47,343 nt of DNA from a virus (lineage: Duplodnaviria > Caudoviricetes). A program made the position numbers and the translations under genes. The stretch spans positions 1 through 47,343 of the IMG/VR virus record IMGVR_UViG_3300011443_000399. One strand, written 5' to 3'. The notes below the pieces were generated by a model. That model did not search any database. It saw only the letters and a list, made by a program, of their open reading frames with translations, and was not told the origin of the DNA. Shown piece after piece: positions 17,340-27,079 of this stretch. Positions within the stretch are counted from its first letter, which is position 1, and the number at the start of each line of letters is the position of its first letter.

Positions 17340-17777
17340 ATGCAGGGAGAAATCATCCAGCAAGCGGCTTCGACCGCAACGTCTCCGTGGCTGAGCCCGA
17401 GTTTTCTGCTTCCGCTGATCCTGGCGGCGATAGGGTTCATCGCATGGCTCGTGCGGCTGGAATACAAAACGAACGCAACCGGTTCGCGGCAGAAGGAATT
17501 TGAGGTGGAGACGGCCGAGGAGTTCAAGGACGTTCGAACGGAGACGAAGGATTCGCTGAAAGAGATCGTCACCGAGCTCAAGGAAGAGCGGCTCGAACAC
17601 CGCGAATGGAAAAAGCAATTTTACGCACATGCGACCGATACAAGGACGCACCACAACGAGGAGATGTTCAAGGAATTTAAGAACGGCCTGGAGCGTCGGT
17701 TCACGTCGATCGATACGACGCTGCAGCAGATCTCGCGAAAGCTTGACCGGTCGCCCGGCTTAAGGACAGAGGAATGA
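17340..17777 (+). CDS. Putative holin-like protein (1 TM plus coiled coil)
   Basis: Position after the endolysin; TM FLLPLILAAIGFIAWLV. Confidence 0.5.
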   Translation: MQGEIIQQAASTATSPWLSPSFLLPLILAAIGFIAWLVRLEYKTNATGSRQKEFEVETAEEFKDVRTETKDSLKEIVTELKEERLEHREWKKQFYAHATDTRTHHNEEMFKEFKNGLERRFTSIDTTLQQISRKLDRSPGLRTEE

Positions 17778-18187
17778 CCGACAGTTTTGAAACATTCAGG
17801 TGGGAGCAGCTGGCGAAGCGGCAAAAGGTCTACATCGTTGCCGCGATCGTCGCGGTCATCGTGGTGATGGCGTTCGGCTTTTATGGCTGGTGGAAATCCT
17901 ACAGCGAGGTCCGGCAATTTGAGCAGGCGGCGATCACTGCAAAACGCGAGGCCGAGGAAGCTCTGAAAAATGCGGCCGAGATCGCACGCCAAAAAGTGAA
18001 GTTGGAAAAACGGGTCGAGGAAACGGAGGCAAAAGTTGATGTTAAACGAAAGGAACAACATGAGGCACAGGCTCAGAGTGCTGGTGCTCGTCTTGAGTAT
18101 GAGCGCTCTCTTCGTGAGCAGCGTGGCGATAATCCCAGCATCCCGCAGCTATGCGCAGAGCTCGCAGCCCTCGGCCACCCCTGTTGA
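17774..18187 (+). CDS. Putative inner-membrane spanin (Rz-like)
   Basis: N-terminal TM, coiled coil, C-terminal Cys residues. Confidence 0.6.
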   Translation: MTDSFETFRWEQLAKRQKVYIVAAIVAVIVVMAFGFYGWWKSYSEVRQFEQAAITAKREAEEALKNAAEIARQKVKLEKRVEETEAKVDVKRKEQHEAQAQSAGARLEYERSLREQRGDNPSIPQLCAELAALGHPC

Positions 18188-18527
18188 TATTGAGGCGTTC
18201 CGGCGAGCGGCGGCCGAAGCGATCGCGGAGCTGCGTGCGGCAAAAGCTTACATCGCTGCACTCGAGGTCGAGGTCAAGGTCGCGAAAGAGATCGACGATC
18301 TGGAAGCTCAGCTCGTGACCCTGTTAAAGAATTTGCGAAACCTGGACGCGCAGCAGATCGCCGAATTGAACAAAGCACTCGCCGCCAAGGACCGCGTGAT
18401 CGCTGCGTACGAGGCAGAGATCGCAGTTTTGAAAAAGCAGCGGATGACGTTTTGGAAAAAGGCGGGCTGGCTCATTGTCGGTGCGGCAGCCGGGGCTGCT
18501 GTATGCGCCTTCATGTGTGAGGAATAA
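18060..18527 (+). CDS. Putative second spanin component
   Basis: Overlaps the previous gene; signal-like N-terminus, coiled coil, hydrophobic C-terminus; no clear lipobox. Confidence 0.5.
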   Translation: MRHRLRVLVLVLSMSALFVSSVAIIPASRSYAQSSQPSATPVDIEAFRRAAAEAIAELRAAKAYIAALEVEVKVAKEIDDLEAQLVTLLKNLRNLDAQQIAELNKALAAKDRVIAAYEAEIAVLKKQRMTFWKKAGWLIVGAAAGAAVCAFMCEE

Positions 18528-18637
18528 GTTGCCGTTTGCCGTTGGGTTGGCGGCAGACGCGGCGGAGATGAGAAAGCGAATGGCGCCGACTTAAAAGCCT
18601 GGGCGAGCCGACTTTCCGCCGCGATATTTGAAAACAG

Positions 18638-19273
18638 ATGGCCGATGACCTGAAAAAAGGGAAAGCATATCCCGAAGAAGCGATCGAACTTTGCCGCAAG
18701 CTTTACTGCAAATACGGCGGCAATAATCACGATCTGATCGAGCGGGAAATGCGAAAGGCCGGCTGGGCCAAGTGGTCGAAGATGAACCTCCAGAATCGCG
18801 GGCGTGAAGGCACGCGATCGGAGCGGATGGGTTGGATCGCCCGGTACGGATTCGAAAGATCTTTGAAGCTGCACATCGAGAAGCTGGCCGAAAAGGTCAA
18901 CGACGACGAGCAGGGACTGTACATCGACATCAAGGCGGTCCGCAAGCGCCTCGGGCAGCGTGCCCTGGGCGAGAACGCCGATAAGGACGACCTGGCGAAG
19001 TACCGGGACTTTTGCAAGTTGGAGATCGAGGCGAGGCGAAACCTCAATCTCACCCGCGACAACTTTGAGACGTTTGTCTCGGGCTACGAAAAGCTGCTGA
19101 CGTGGGCGTCCGACATCGATCCGCAGCTCGCCAAGCTGCTCGCGAAGTGCACCGATAAGTTCGCCGAACTGGCACAGGCCCACTATGGCAAAGACGAAGT
19201 CGACGACGGAGCAGAGCTTAGAACGGATGAAAGCGGCGGGGAGCCGTTTAGCCTCATCGCTCGCGGCGACTGA
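18638..19273 (+). CDS. Terminase small subunit (putative)
   Basis: Precedes and overlaps TerL; AYPEEAIELCRKLY N-terminus. Confidence 0.65.
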   Translation: MADDLKKGKAYPEEAIELCRKLYCKYGGNNHDLIEREMRKAGWAKWSKMNLQNRGREGTRSERMGWIARYGFERSLKLHIEKLAEKVNDDEQGLYIDIKAVRKRLGQRALGENADKDDLAKYRDFCKLEIEARRNLNLTRDNFETFVSGYEKLLTWASDIDPQLAKLLAKCTDKFAELAQAHYGKDEVDDGAELRTDESGGEPFSLIARGD

Positions 19274-21005
19274 CAACGATTTTAGGTTTGCTCCACTCAG
19301 TTGGTGGCGTGATCGCTGGCACGATCGAGAGATCCAGCGAATGTTCATTGAAAACTTTATCTACGTGCGAGACGCGTTCGACGAGAACAAGCTCGTGCTG
19401 CTCAAGTTCAACGAGATCCAGCAGCATTTGCATTTGAATCTCACCGGACGAGACGTCGTTATCAAATCGCGGCGGCAGGGACTATCGACCTATTTCAAGG
19501 CGAGAGCGTTTGCCAACGCCGTGGTGAGATCGGGCCGCAATGTGAGGATCGTGCCGCACGATCCGGACACCGAGGAGCAGTTCAGGGCCGACATTCGCGT
19601 GATGTACGAGAACCTCGTGCCTCACCTGAAACCGGACACGAAGTACTACTCGGAATCGCTGATCGAGTTTAAGGACACGATCAAAGGCACGATCAATTCG
19701 CGGATATCGACGGCGTCGGTGCAGCCGGGCCACGAAGGCAAGGGCCGCGGCCAGACGATCACCGATCTGCATCTGACCGAGCCTCCGTTTTGGCGGGGCG
19801 ACGCAAAGAAAGCAGCGACGTCATTGCTCGAGGCAGCACAAGGCGGTGAGGTCGCGGTCGAATCGACGCCTTTCGGCATCGAGTGGACCCACGCGATCTT
19901 CCAGCAGGGCAAGGCCAAACAGGGCGGCTGGTCGAGCTTCTTTTTCGAGTGGTGGTGGAAGCGGTCGTACCGTCTCGAGGGAGCACGGTTCGCGCAAGGG
20001 CGAAAGCGAGAGTGGGTTCTCTTAGGCCCGGGAGAATCGCTGAAAGCGATCTGGTCGGTCCCGTCTGAGAATGTCACCGAGATCGACCGGGTCGCAAAGC
20101 GAAACCGGTTTGACAATGCAAAGGTCACGGACGAGGAGCAAGCCATTTGCGGCCTGATCCTCAAGCACCTGCAGCGGCAGGGCCACGCTCTGAAAAAAGA
20201 CAAGTGGCACTGTGACCAGGTCGCCGAGTTTTTAGCCTGGCGACGGGCAAAGATCACGGAGCTTCCGGGCGGCGAGGACCAGTTCAAGGTCGAGTATCCC
20301 GAATCGGATGTCGACTGTTTTGAGCAGACCGGCCGGCCGGTGATCAAGGCCAGATATTTGAAAGCTACCTGCGAGCCGCACGAGGCGGCGATCGACGGCC
20401 ACGAGTACATCATTGGCTGCGATACGTCACTCGGTTTGGACTCGGGCGATCCGGCAGCGATCGAGGTCCTCGACATTACGACCGGCCGCCAGGTGCACTC
20501 GGAAGTTTTGAAACGCTCGCCAGATCTCTTGGCTTACAGGCTGCAGGAGCTGCACGAGCAATACGGTTGGGCCCTGGTCGTTGTTGAGAGAAACAACACG
20601 GGCATCGCGACGATCCTCGAGCTGAAAAAGCTCATCGATGAGCAGTTCATATTTCGCTACATCGATCGGAGGCTCGAGCGAAAGGTTGAGGACGGTGATT
20701 TGACAATCGACGAGGCGATGGACCAGGCCGAGTTTGGGCTGCTGACGACGGCAGCGAACAAACCGGATTACGCGATCGCACTCGAGCAGGCAATCCGGAC
20801 CGAGGAGGTCGGGATCTCGTCGGAGGCATGGTGCGAAGAGGCACGGACGGTCGTCTGGTTTGACAACGGGTCGTGGGGTGCGTTGAGCGGCTATCACGAC
20901 GATCGGTTCATGGCGTTGGCTCTAGCGAATTTTGTCCGCGTGAAACTGCGGGGCCAGGCGACGGGTTTTGTGGGTGCGATGCCGGCGACGGCTTTTGCAC
21001 GATGA
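19185..21005 (+). CDS. Terminase large subunit
   Basis: KSRRQGLST, LHLTE, VESTPFG, IIGCDTSLG, VVERNN, HDDRFMALALA. Confidence 0.93.
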   Translation: MAKTKSTTEQSLERMKAAGSRLASSLAATDNDFRFAPLSWWRDRWHDREIQRMFIENFIYVRDAFDENKLVLLKFNEIQQHLHLNLTGRDVVIKSRRQGLSTYFKARAFANAVVRSGRNVRIVPHDPDTEEQFRADIRVMYENLVPHLKPDTKYYSESLIEFKDTIKGTINSRISTASVQPGHEGKGRGQTITDLHLTEPPFWRGDAKKAATSLLEAAQGGEVAVESTPFGIEWTHAIFQQGKAKQGGWSSFFFEWWWKRSYRLEGARFAQGRKREWVLLGPGESLKAIWSVPSENVTEIDRVAKRNRFDNAKVTDEEQAICGLILKHLQRQGHALKKDKWHCDQVAEFLAWRRAKITELPGGEDQFKVEYPESDVDCFEQTGRPVIKARYLKATCEPHEAAIDGHEYIIGCDTSLGLDSGDPAAIEVLDITTGRQVHSEVLKRSPDLLAYRLQELHEQYGWALVVVERNNTGIATILELKKLIDEQFIFRYIDRRLERKVEDGDLTIDEAMDQAEFGLLTTAANKPDYAIALEQAIRTEEVGISSEAWCEEARTVVWFDNGSWGALSGYHDDRFMALALANFVRVKLRGQATGFVGAMPATAFAR

Positions 21006-21125
21006 GTGAGGGTAGCTGAGTAGGGCCGCTTTGGTGTCCAGAAACAGCCAGAAACAGTGTCACCGGGAAAACGCGAGGGTCAGGGCGTAGGGCGATTTAG
21101 TGAATGGCACGGGCGAACGATTGAT

Positions 21126-22661
21126 ATGACCTTTTGGGACAGATTAAAAATGGCGATCGCGACGTTTCGCAGGTTGGGCGGTGATGCTCTGCCGCGGGAC
21201 GGGCGTTCGTCGGACGAGACGTTGGGCGGGTCGGTCTCGTCTTATCTCGCGAGCTTTGGCTCGGTCAACCCGGTCATCGATTTTCAGATCCTGCAGAGCC
21301 TTAAATATTTCTGGCTTTTCAACCCTGACGTTTCGCAGTACGTCGCGAACATCCGCAACCTGGGCAATCCCGGGCACCAGCTCTCGGTCGATGCCAGGAC
21401 GGACGCCGCGGCCGAGGCTGCGGTCAATCGGCTGAACGAAACCGCATCGCGGATCTATACGCACGGCACGGGCGTCGACGGTTTGATGAATCAGTACCTC
21501 GACTCGGTCGCGTGGTCGGGTGCCGTCTCGAGCGAGGACGTGGTCAATCTCGCGGGCGGCCGCGTCGAGCGCGTCGTGATGGTCCCGGTCGAGCAGATCC
21601 GTTTTGTTTACAACAAGGAGCTCGACATCTACGAGCCACACCAAAGAGCGATCGGCGGTCAGCGGGCAGCGGCCAGCAGATTGGGACTGATCAAACTCAA
21701 CACCGAGACATACAAGTACGTGGCGCTGTCGACGGTCGAGAACAGCCCATACGCAAAACCACCGGCGACGGCCGCGGTCGAGGCGATCCTGACCGGCCAG
21801 GAACCGATCATGCAAAACCTGCGGTTCATGGCACAGAAAGTCGGGCTGCTCGGGTTTATCGATTACTCGGCAACGAAGCCGATAAAGCGGGCGGGCGAGA
21901 CCGATACCGAATACAGCTCGCGGTGCACGCAATACGTCGCGGACCTGGCAAGTGCACTCGACGGCAACCTGAACAAGGGAATGCTCGTGCACACCTCAGA
22001 TCAAAAAGTCACGCATGAGCCGGTAACGACCGGTGCCGCGGGCGTCTACGATCTCAATCGCATCTCCGAGGAGCAGGTTTTCTCGGGACTCGGTGCGATG
22101 CCAGGATTTCACGGCCGGACGGACTCGACGACCGAGACATTTGCCGACGTGGTGTATTACCTGCTGACGTCGCAGGTCGCAAACATGCAGCGTGTCGTCA
22201 AACGCCGGCAAGAGGCTACGTACCGGCTGGACCTTCGCCTGGGCGGCATCGAGGTCGACGGCGTCACGCTGACATTCGACAAAGCTCACAGCCGCAATGC
22301 AAAGGCCGAGGCCGAGACCGACGAGATCAGATTTCGCGACACGCTCGCACGGATCAAGAACGGTGCGATCACGCCGGATGAGGGTGCCCAGGAGCTCGGT
22401 TACGAAACGTGGGCGGATGAAGAGCTGTTATTTTCGCAGACCGGCGTCGTGCCGCGAGCAACGGAATCGCAGGGCGAGCTCGGCCGGCTCAGGGCACGCA
22501 AGACATTGACGCTGAAATTTAACAAGGCGTCGCAGAGATATCGCCGCCAACCCGATGTGATTTATCTGGCGAGCGGTGATGAGGATGGCGAGGCCGCCGA
22601 CAACGTCGTCGGTTTCCCGTCGATAAAAAAAAAGGCTCTCGCCAAGGGAGCCTCAAATTAA
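21126..22661 (+). CDS. Portal protein
   Basis: Follows TerL; about 511 aa from MTFWDRLK; ends just after an A9 slippery run. Confidence 0.8.
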   Translation: MTFWDRLKMAIATFRRLGGDALPRDGRSSDETLGGSVSSYLASFGSVNPVIDFQILQSLKYFWLFNPDVSQYVANIRNLGNPGHQLSVDARTDAAAEAAVNRLNETASRIYTHGTGVDGLMNQYLDSVAWSGAVSSEDVVNLAGGRVERVVMVPVEQIRFVYNKELDIYEPHQRAIGGQRAAASRLGLIKLNTETYKYVALSTVENSPYAKPPATAAVEAILTGQEPIMQNLRFMAQKVGLLGFIDYSATKPIKRAGETDTEYSSRCTQYVADLASALDGNLNKGMLVHTSDQKVTHEPVTTGAAGVYDLNRISEEQVFSGLGAMPGFHGRTDSTTETFADVVYYLLTSQVANMQRVVKRRQEATYRLDLRLGGIEVDGVTLTFDKAHSRNAKAEAETDEIRFRDTLARIKNGAITPDEGAQELGYETWADEELLFSQTGVVPRATESQGELGRLRARKTLTLKFNKASQRYRRQPDVIYLASGDEDGEAADNVVGFPSIKKKALAKGASN

Positions 22662-23611
22662 CGGAGGAGCAAATAGATGAAATTCTCGAGCGGTTCATTC
22701 AGAACTATTTTCGCAGGGTTGGCCCTTATCTTGATGATGGCGTTCGCCGTGCCCTGGACAAGTTACGCGAATTCCTCAGGCGACACGACTTCGACGATTT
22801 TGCAGACGGATCAGACTTTGCCGAGCAGCTGCTCGACGAAATGGAGCAAGCGTTTGCCAAAGGCTGGGGCACTGCCCGAGCAAAGCAGGCGATCAACGGC
22901 ACCAGCAGATCCATTTACGAGTACTACCGGCTTCGCGACGTCACCGTTTTTGGTGACAACGACCCGATCCGGCTGCGTCTCGGTGGACCCGATCGCGTAT
23001 CGATCAAATTCATTGGCAGACTCGACCACTTCTATTTTTCGAAGTTTGCCGATAACACGCGTGAGCCGATGCGCACATTTTTTGTCAAACAATACTTCGA
23101 AAACGGAGCTGCGTTATTCGGCCGACAGACGAGCGACGAGCTGGCAGAGTTTCGCCGTGCATCGGGTGAGAGGTTCAATAACCTCACCGATCGACAGACT
23201 CTTGTCATCGTCCAGACGGCCGTCGCTCGAACAAGGAACTGGGCGCACATCGGAACGCTCAGCCAGGCAGAGATCGAGCTGGCAAAACTGGTCGCGACAT
23301 TGGACGCGAGGACAACCCCGCTATGTGAATTTCTCGACGGCAAAATTGTCCGCGTCGGAGTCGCTCAATCGGCGATCGAGAGACTTGCTAAGTTACCGCC
23401 AGCCGAGTTCGCACTACAGCTATACGGCTCGGAGCTAGGCAAAGAAATATCGAAAAATCCTGTTGACACAGTCAAACAGTATTTAGAGGAGGACGGCCAG
23501 ACGATCGGCGACGACCTCACGAAAACCGGACGCGGCTTTCCTCCTTTTCACCCAAATTGCAGGACGAGATTAGAGGGCATCGTGCCCGGGACCGAGGACG
23601 AAGATGAATAA
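22625..23611 (+). CDS. Minor head protein (Mu gpF/SPP1 gp7-like), probably entered by -1 frameshift
   Basis: LDARTTPLCEFLDG and PPFHPNCRT; frame open and protein-like from the A9 run with no ATG/GTG/TTG until 22841. Confidence 0.8.
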   Translation, partial: KKKGSRQGSLKLTEEQIDEILERFIQNYFRRVGPYLDDGVRRALDKLREFLRRHDFDDFADGSDFAEQLLDEMEQAFAKGWGTARAKQAINGTSRSIYEYYRLRDVTVFGDNDPIRLRLGGPDRVSIKFIGRLDHFYFSKFADNTREPMRTFFVKQYFENGAALFGRQTSDELAEFRRASGERFNNLTDRQTLVIVQTAVARTRNWAHIGTLSQAEIELAKLVATLDARTTPLCEFLDGKIVRVGVAQSAIERLAKLPPAEFALQLYGSELGKEISKNPVDTVKQYLEEDGQTIGDDLTKTGRGFPPFHPNCRTRLEGIVPGTEDEDE

Positions 23612-23738
23612 GGCATTCCGATCGACGGGACCGATCACAGAGAAAGAAGTCGTGGGGTGCATCAAGGTTTTGCTATTTGCGGCGTTGTTTGCCTTTCTGC
23701 TGGTCCTGATCGCGATCGTCAGTGATTTTTCGAATTAA
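23604..23738 (+). CDS. Small TM peptide (44 aa)
   Basis: MNKAFRSTGP...VLLFAALFAFLLVLIAIV; overlaps the previous stop. Confidence 0.4.
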   Translation: MNKAFRSTGPITEKEVVGCIKVLLFAALFAFLLVLIAIVSDFSN

Positions 23739-23746
23739 GGAGAGAC

Positions 23747-24004
23747 ATGAGCAAACCAACCCAAAAGATGGCGGACGGATTTGAGGCCGTAGTGTCGAGC
23801 AATTTGCACTCGGCCAAATATGACGACGGTGCGATCGTCGTGAGATTTCAGAACGGGACCGCGTACCGGTACCCGGCGTGCGACGAGAAGCTCTGGAAAG
23901 ATTTCAGGTCGCAGTTCGACGGCAAGGCCGGCAGGTCCGCAGGAAAGTTTTTATACGCGCAGCTGAAGCCAAAGGCATACGAAAAGTTGGACGACTGGAA
24001 GTAA
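23747..24004 (+). CDS. KTSC-domain protein
   Basis: VVSSNLHSAKYD...VRFQNGTAYRY...SAGKFLY. Confidence 0.85.
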   Translation: MSKPTQKMADGFEAVVSSNLHSAKYDDGAIVVRFQNGTAYRYPACDEKLWKDFRSQFDGKAGRSAGKFLYAQLKPKAYEKLDDWK

Positions 24005-24050
24005 CGGCGGGGCCGAAGGTAAAAGTAAAAAGGCAAAAGGCAAAACCGGA

Positions 24051-25355
24051 ATGAAAAACAAGATCTACAAAGGCGTTGAGATCCTTAGCCTGGCTGCTGC
24101 CGGGATGGGCGGCTCTGCCCGCGTTCGGATGCTGGCCCAGCTTGAGCCCGACGCGATCGCACCGGTCGATGCCGTGAAGCTCGCCGAGCGGCTAAAGGCT
24201 GCCGGCTCGGCATCGTTGTGGTTCGACCAAAAGCCGCAGTCGAAGAACGACAACTTCAACTTTGAGCGCATCGAGGATGTGCTGCCGACCGATGCCGATT
24301 ACATCGTCGTTCCGTTTCGCGGTCTCTCGAAAGCATTTCTGCCTGACCACTGTCTCGACTTCTCGGTCGACGGCGTGCTCGAGGCGGCGGTGCCACTCGT
24401 CTATGGCCAGACGGTCTATCCGAACCACGATTTTGGCGACATCAACAACGCCCTGGGCTCGGTCTCGAACGCGGTCTGGGACGGCGACGACAAGGCCGGC
24501 AAGGGTGTGCCAGGCATCAACGTCCAGTACAAGATCGACGCGCTGATGAATCCGCGGATCTCGCGGCTGCTGCTGATGCGTCCGCCAGGGATCCACTCGA
24601 CGAGCCTGACGCTGCTTTTCGAATTTGATTTTTCGCACCCGCAGCTCGTCGAGGAAGGCAGGTTTTGGCTGCTGCTCGGCGAAGAGGTCGAGGGACATAT
24701 CGTGCGGCTTATCGTCACCGAAATCCTCGAGTGCTGGGAATGCTCGCTGGTTTTCATGGGTGCTGACCGGCTGGCCAAGCAGCTGCCCGGCGACGATGAC
24801 GATGACGAAACAGATTATGAAAGTTTTTCGGCTGCAGAGTTGGCCGAGAAGGCTGCGGGCAACAATCCGCCGCCAAATTCGAACGAGGAGAAAACTATGA
24901 ATATTCCAAAGGAAAAACGAGAGGCCCTCGGTATTGGGTTTGACGGCGACGACGTTCCCGAAACCGAGATATTCAAGGCGTTGGAGTCGCAGGCTGCAAG
25001 CCGCGCGACTCTCAAGGCCGGGTTGCCCGACGACGTCGAGGAGCTCAAGGCACAGGCCGTGGCCGGCGTGACGCTGCTCGATGAGAAGCGGGCCGAGGTT
25101 ACGCGCAAGGCAAAGCTCGCCGAGCTGGGCTCCGAAGAGGGCGATCTCGACGAGGTCGTCTCGGCACAGATCGCGTCGGCCGACGCTGACGGGCTGATCA
25201 AGCTCGACGCGTATTTCGGCAAGAAGGTCGCCGAGAAGTTCCCGCAGGGACGCTCGTCGGCAGAGGATCCTGCGTCGGCCGGAGCAGTTGACCCGAACGC
25301 AGCCGAGATGGCAGCAGCGGCCGGGCCGGACCTGACAGGAGGGCTGTTTAGCTAA
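24051..25355 (+). CDS. Head maturation protease/scaffold
   Basis: Position before capsid; YPNH and WECSLVFMGAD motifs; acidic helical C-terminus. Confidence 0.7.
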   Translation: MKNKIYKGVEILSLAAAGMGGSARVRMLAQLEPDAIAPVDAVKLAERLKAAGSASLWFDQKPQSKNDNFNFERIEDVLPTDADYIVVPFRGLSKAFLPDHCLDFSVDGVLEAAVPLVYGQTVYPNHDFGDINNALGSVSNAVWDGDDKAGKGVPGINVQYKIDALMNPRISRLLLMRPPGIHSTSLTLLFEFDFSHPQLVEEGRFWLLLGEEVEGHIVRLIVTEILECWECSLVFMGADRLAKQLPGDDDDDETDYESFSAAELAEKAAGNNPPPNSNEEKTMNIPKEKREALGIGFDGDDVPETEIFKALESQAASRATLKAGLPDDVEELKAQAVAGVTLLDEKRAEVTRKAKLAELGSEEGDLDEVVSAQIASADADGLIKLDAYFGKKVAEKFPQGRSSAEDPASAGAVDPNAAEMAAAAGPDLTGGLFS

Positions 25356-25382
25356 ACCAAAAAGGGAGAGAGGAGAAAAGCT

Positions 25383-25775
25383 ATGGAAATCAAAGCAAAT
25401 GTAGAGGGTTTGGCTCTTACAGCCATCATGGAAACTGCCGGCGTGCTCGCGGACCAGCTGGTCGAGGTCACGGGCGACAGGACGGTCGATGTTGCCGGCA
25501 GCGGCGGCATTCCTTGCGGCCACGTCAGTGTGCCGGTCAAGGACGCAGCCGAGGAAGACGGTGAGTGCACGATCGAGTTTCACCGGTTCCGGCGTGTTTT
25601 TGAGGCAAAGGCGGTCGGCGGTGCGCTGGCGGCCGGAGCCCAGGTCAAGCTCGGTGCGATCGCATCGGGCCAGAGCACAGTCGCGGACCTCGCCGGAGGC
25701 GACCGCAAGCTGATGGTGGGTATTGTTTGGATCGGCGCAGCTGAGAACGCCACGGTCACGGTCCTCGGCTTGTAG
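25383..25775 (+). CDS. Head decoration/cement protein
   Basis: 130 aa, Gly/Ala/Val-rich, between protease and capsid genes. Confidence 0.65.
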   Translation: MEIKANVEGLALTAIMETAGVLADQLVEVTGDRTVDVAGSGGIPCGHVSVPVKDAAEEDGECTIEFHRFRRVFEAKAVGGALAAGAQVKLGAIASGQSTVADLAGGDRKLMVGIVWIGAAENATVTVLGL

Positions 25776-25811
25776 GCGGGGCGTCAAAATCTAAGAGGAG
25801 CACACAAAAAT

Positions 25812-27014
25812 ATGTACGGACTAAAAGCCAAGGTACGAGAGATCGTCCTCGCAATGAATGCGATCCGTGGTCATCAGAAAACACCGCGGGACATCACGCT
25901 CGGCACATACATTGCCGAGAATTTTAAGGATGGCAACAGCAAGCCGCTGTCGGCCAATCACCTGTTTGCCGAGTGCGGCGTCAATGTTCGATCGACCACG
26001 GTCGACGAGCTGATGGCCGACGAGGACAACAAGCACCTGCTCAGCGAGCTCATTCGCGAGAGCGTTCGCCGCGGCATGGGCGTGTCGCAGCGTGAGGCCA
26101 TGCGTGCCGCGAGCCTCGGGCCGGGCGTTTTTGACGGCGGGAATGAGAGGTTCATGAGCCGCGAGGTCTTTCTCGATCCGGTCATGCGTGGAGCGGTGCA
26201 GGCCGCGTTCTATAACGACCTGATCGTTCGCGAAGAGAGCGTTTCGCAGCCGACAGTCACGGTGCCGACGATCGAGATCTCGGATGCAAATCTGAAGGAC
26301 AGCGCCGAGGCCGCAACGATCGAGGAAGGCACGGTCAGCTACGGGTCGAAGAACGTCACGCTGACCAAGAAGGCCCGCGGGTTTAAGGTCACCTACGAGG
26401 CGATCCGATACAACTCGCTGAGCCTGGCGTCGCTCTTCTTTGAGGATGCCGGCCGCATCCTGGGCCACACGCTCAACAGCATGGCGGTCAACACGATCGT
26501 CGACGGCGACCAGGGCGACGGCAGCGAGGCCATCGACACGATCGGCGTCACGGACACCAACGACGGTGCTGCGTGGATCGACCTGACCCGCGTCGCGATC
26601 AGGCTCAACCTGCTGGGCCGACTCGGCACGCAGATCCTGGCGAACAGCCAAGAGGCACTCGACTTTCTCAACCTCGAGGAGGTCAAGAACCGGCAGTTTG
26701 GCAATCCGCTGCTGGCGACGGTGCTCGCGAGCCCGTTGACGATGCCCGAGCGGCTCTATGTCAGCAACGAGCTCGCAGCGAATATGGTCGTGATCAACGA
26801 TCCGTCGTGCTCACTGGTCCAGCTCACCTCGGCACCGCTGATGGTCGAGACGGAGAAGATCATCTCGAAGCAGATCGAGGCCGCATACGTCTCGATCACC
26901 ACGGGCTTTGCCAAGCTGCAGCGTAACGCGTCGGTCCAGATCGACGGCGGGACCGCGTACGTGGCCGATACCGCGTCCGACTTCTCGTCGTGGATGGCGC
27001 CGTACTCCGAATAG
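25812..27014 (+). CDS. Major capsid protein (HK97-fold)
   Basis: 400 aa; AEAATIEEG...KKARGFKVTYEAI; gene order. Confidence 0.85.
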   Translation: MYGLKAKVREIVLAMNAIRGHQKTPRDITLGTYIAENFKDGNSKPLSANHLFAECGVNVRSTTVDELMADEDNKHLLSELIRESVRRGMGVSQREAMRAASLGPGVFDGGNERFMSREVFLDPVMRGAVQAAFYNDLIVREESVSQPTVTVPTIEISDANLKDSAEAATIEEGTVSYGSKNVTLTKKARGFKVTYEAIRYNSLSLASLFFEDAGRILGHTLNSMAVNTIVDGDQGDGSEAIDTIGVTDTNDGAAWIDLTRVAIRLNLLGRLGTQILANSQEALDFLNLEEVKNRQFGNPLLATVLASPLTMPERLYVSNELAANMVVINDPSCSLVQLTSAPLMVETEKIISKQIEAAYVSITTGFAKLQRNASVQIDGGTAYVADTASDFSSWMAPYSE

Positions 27015-27079
27015 GGAGCCGGCATTAGTTGAGTAGGTTCGGGCGGCCAATGCGGCCGCCCGGCCGAACAAGGAGAGTT

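Noticed and set aside
22677-23438. 253-aa ORF with GGAGGAG upstream and a signal-like N-terminus
   Set aside because: It lies wholly in an alternative frame of the gpF-like gene and is Ser/Arg/Thr-rich like off-frame text; not fully excluded without ribosome profiling.
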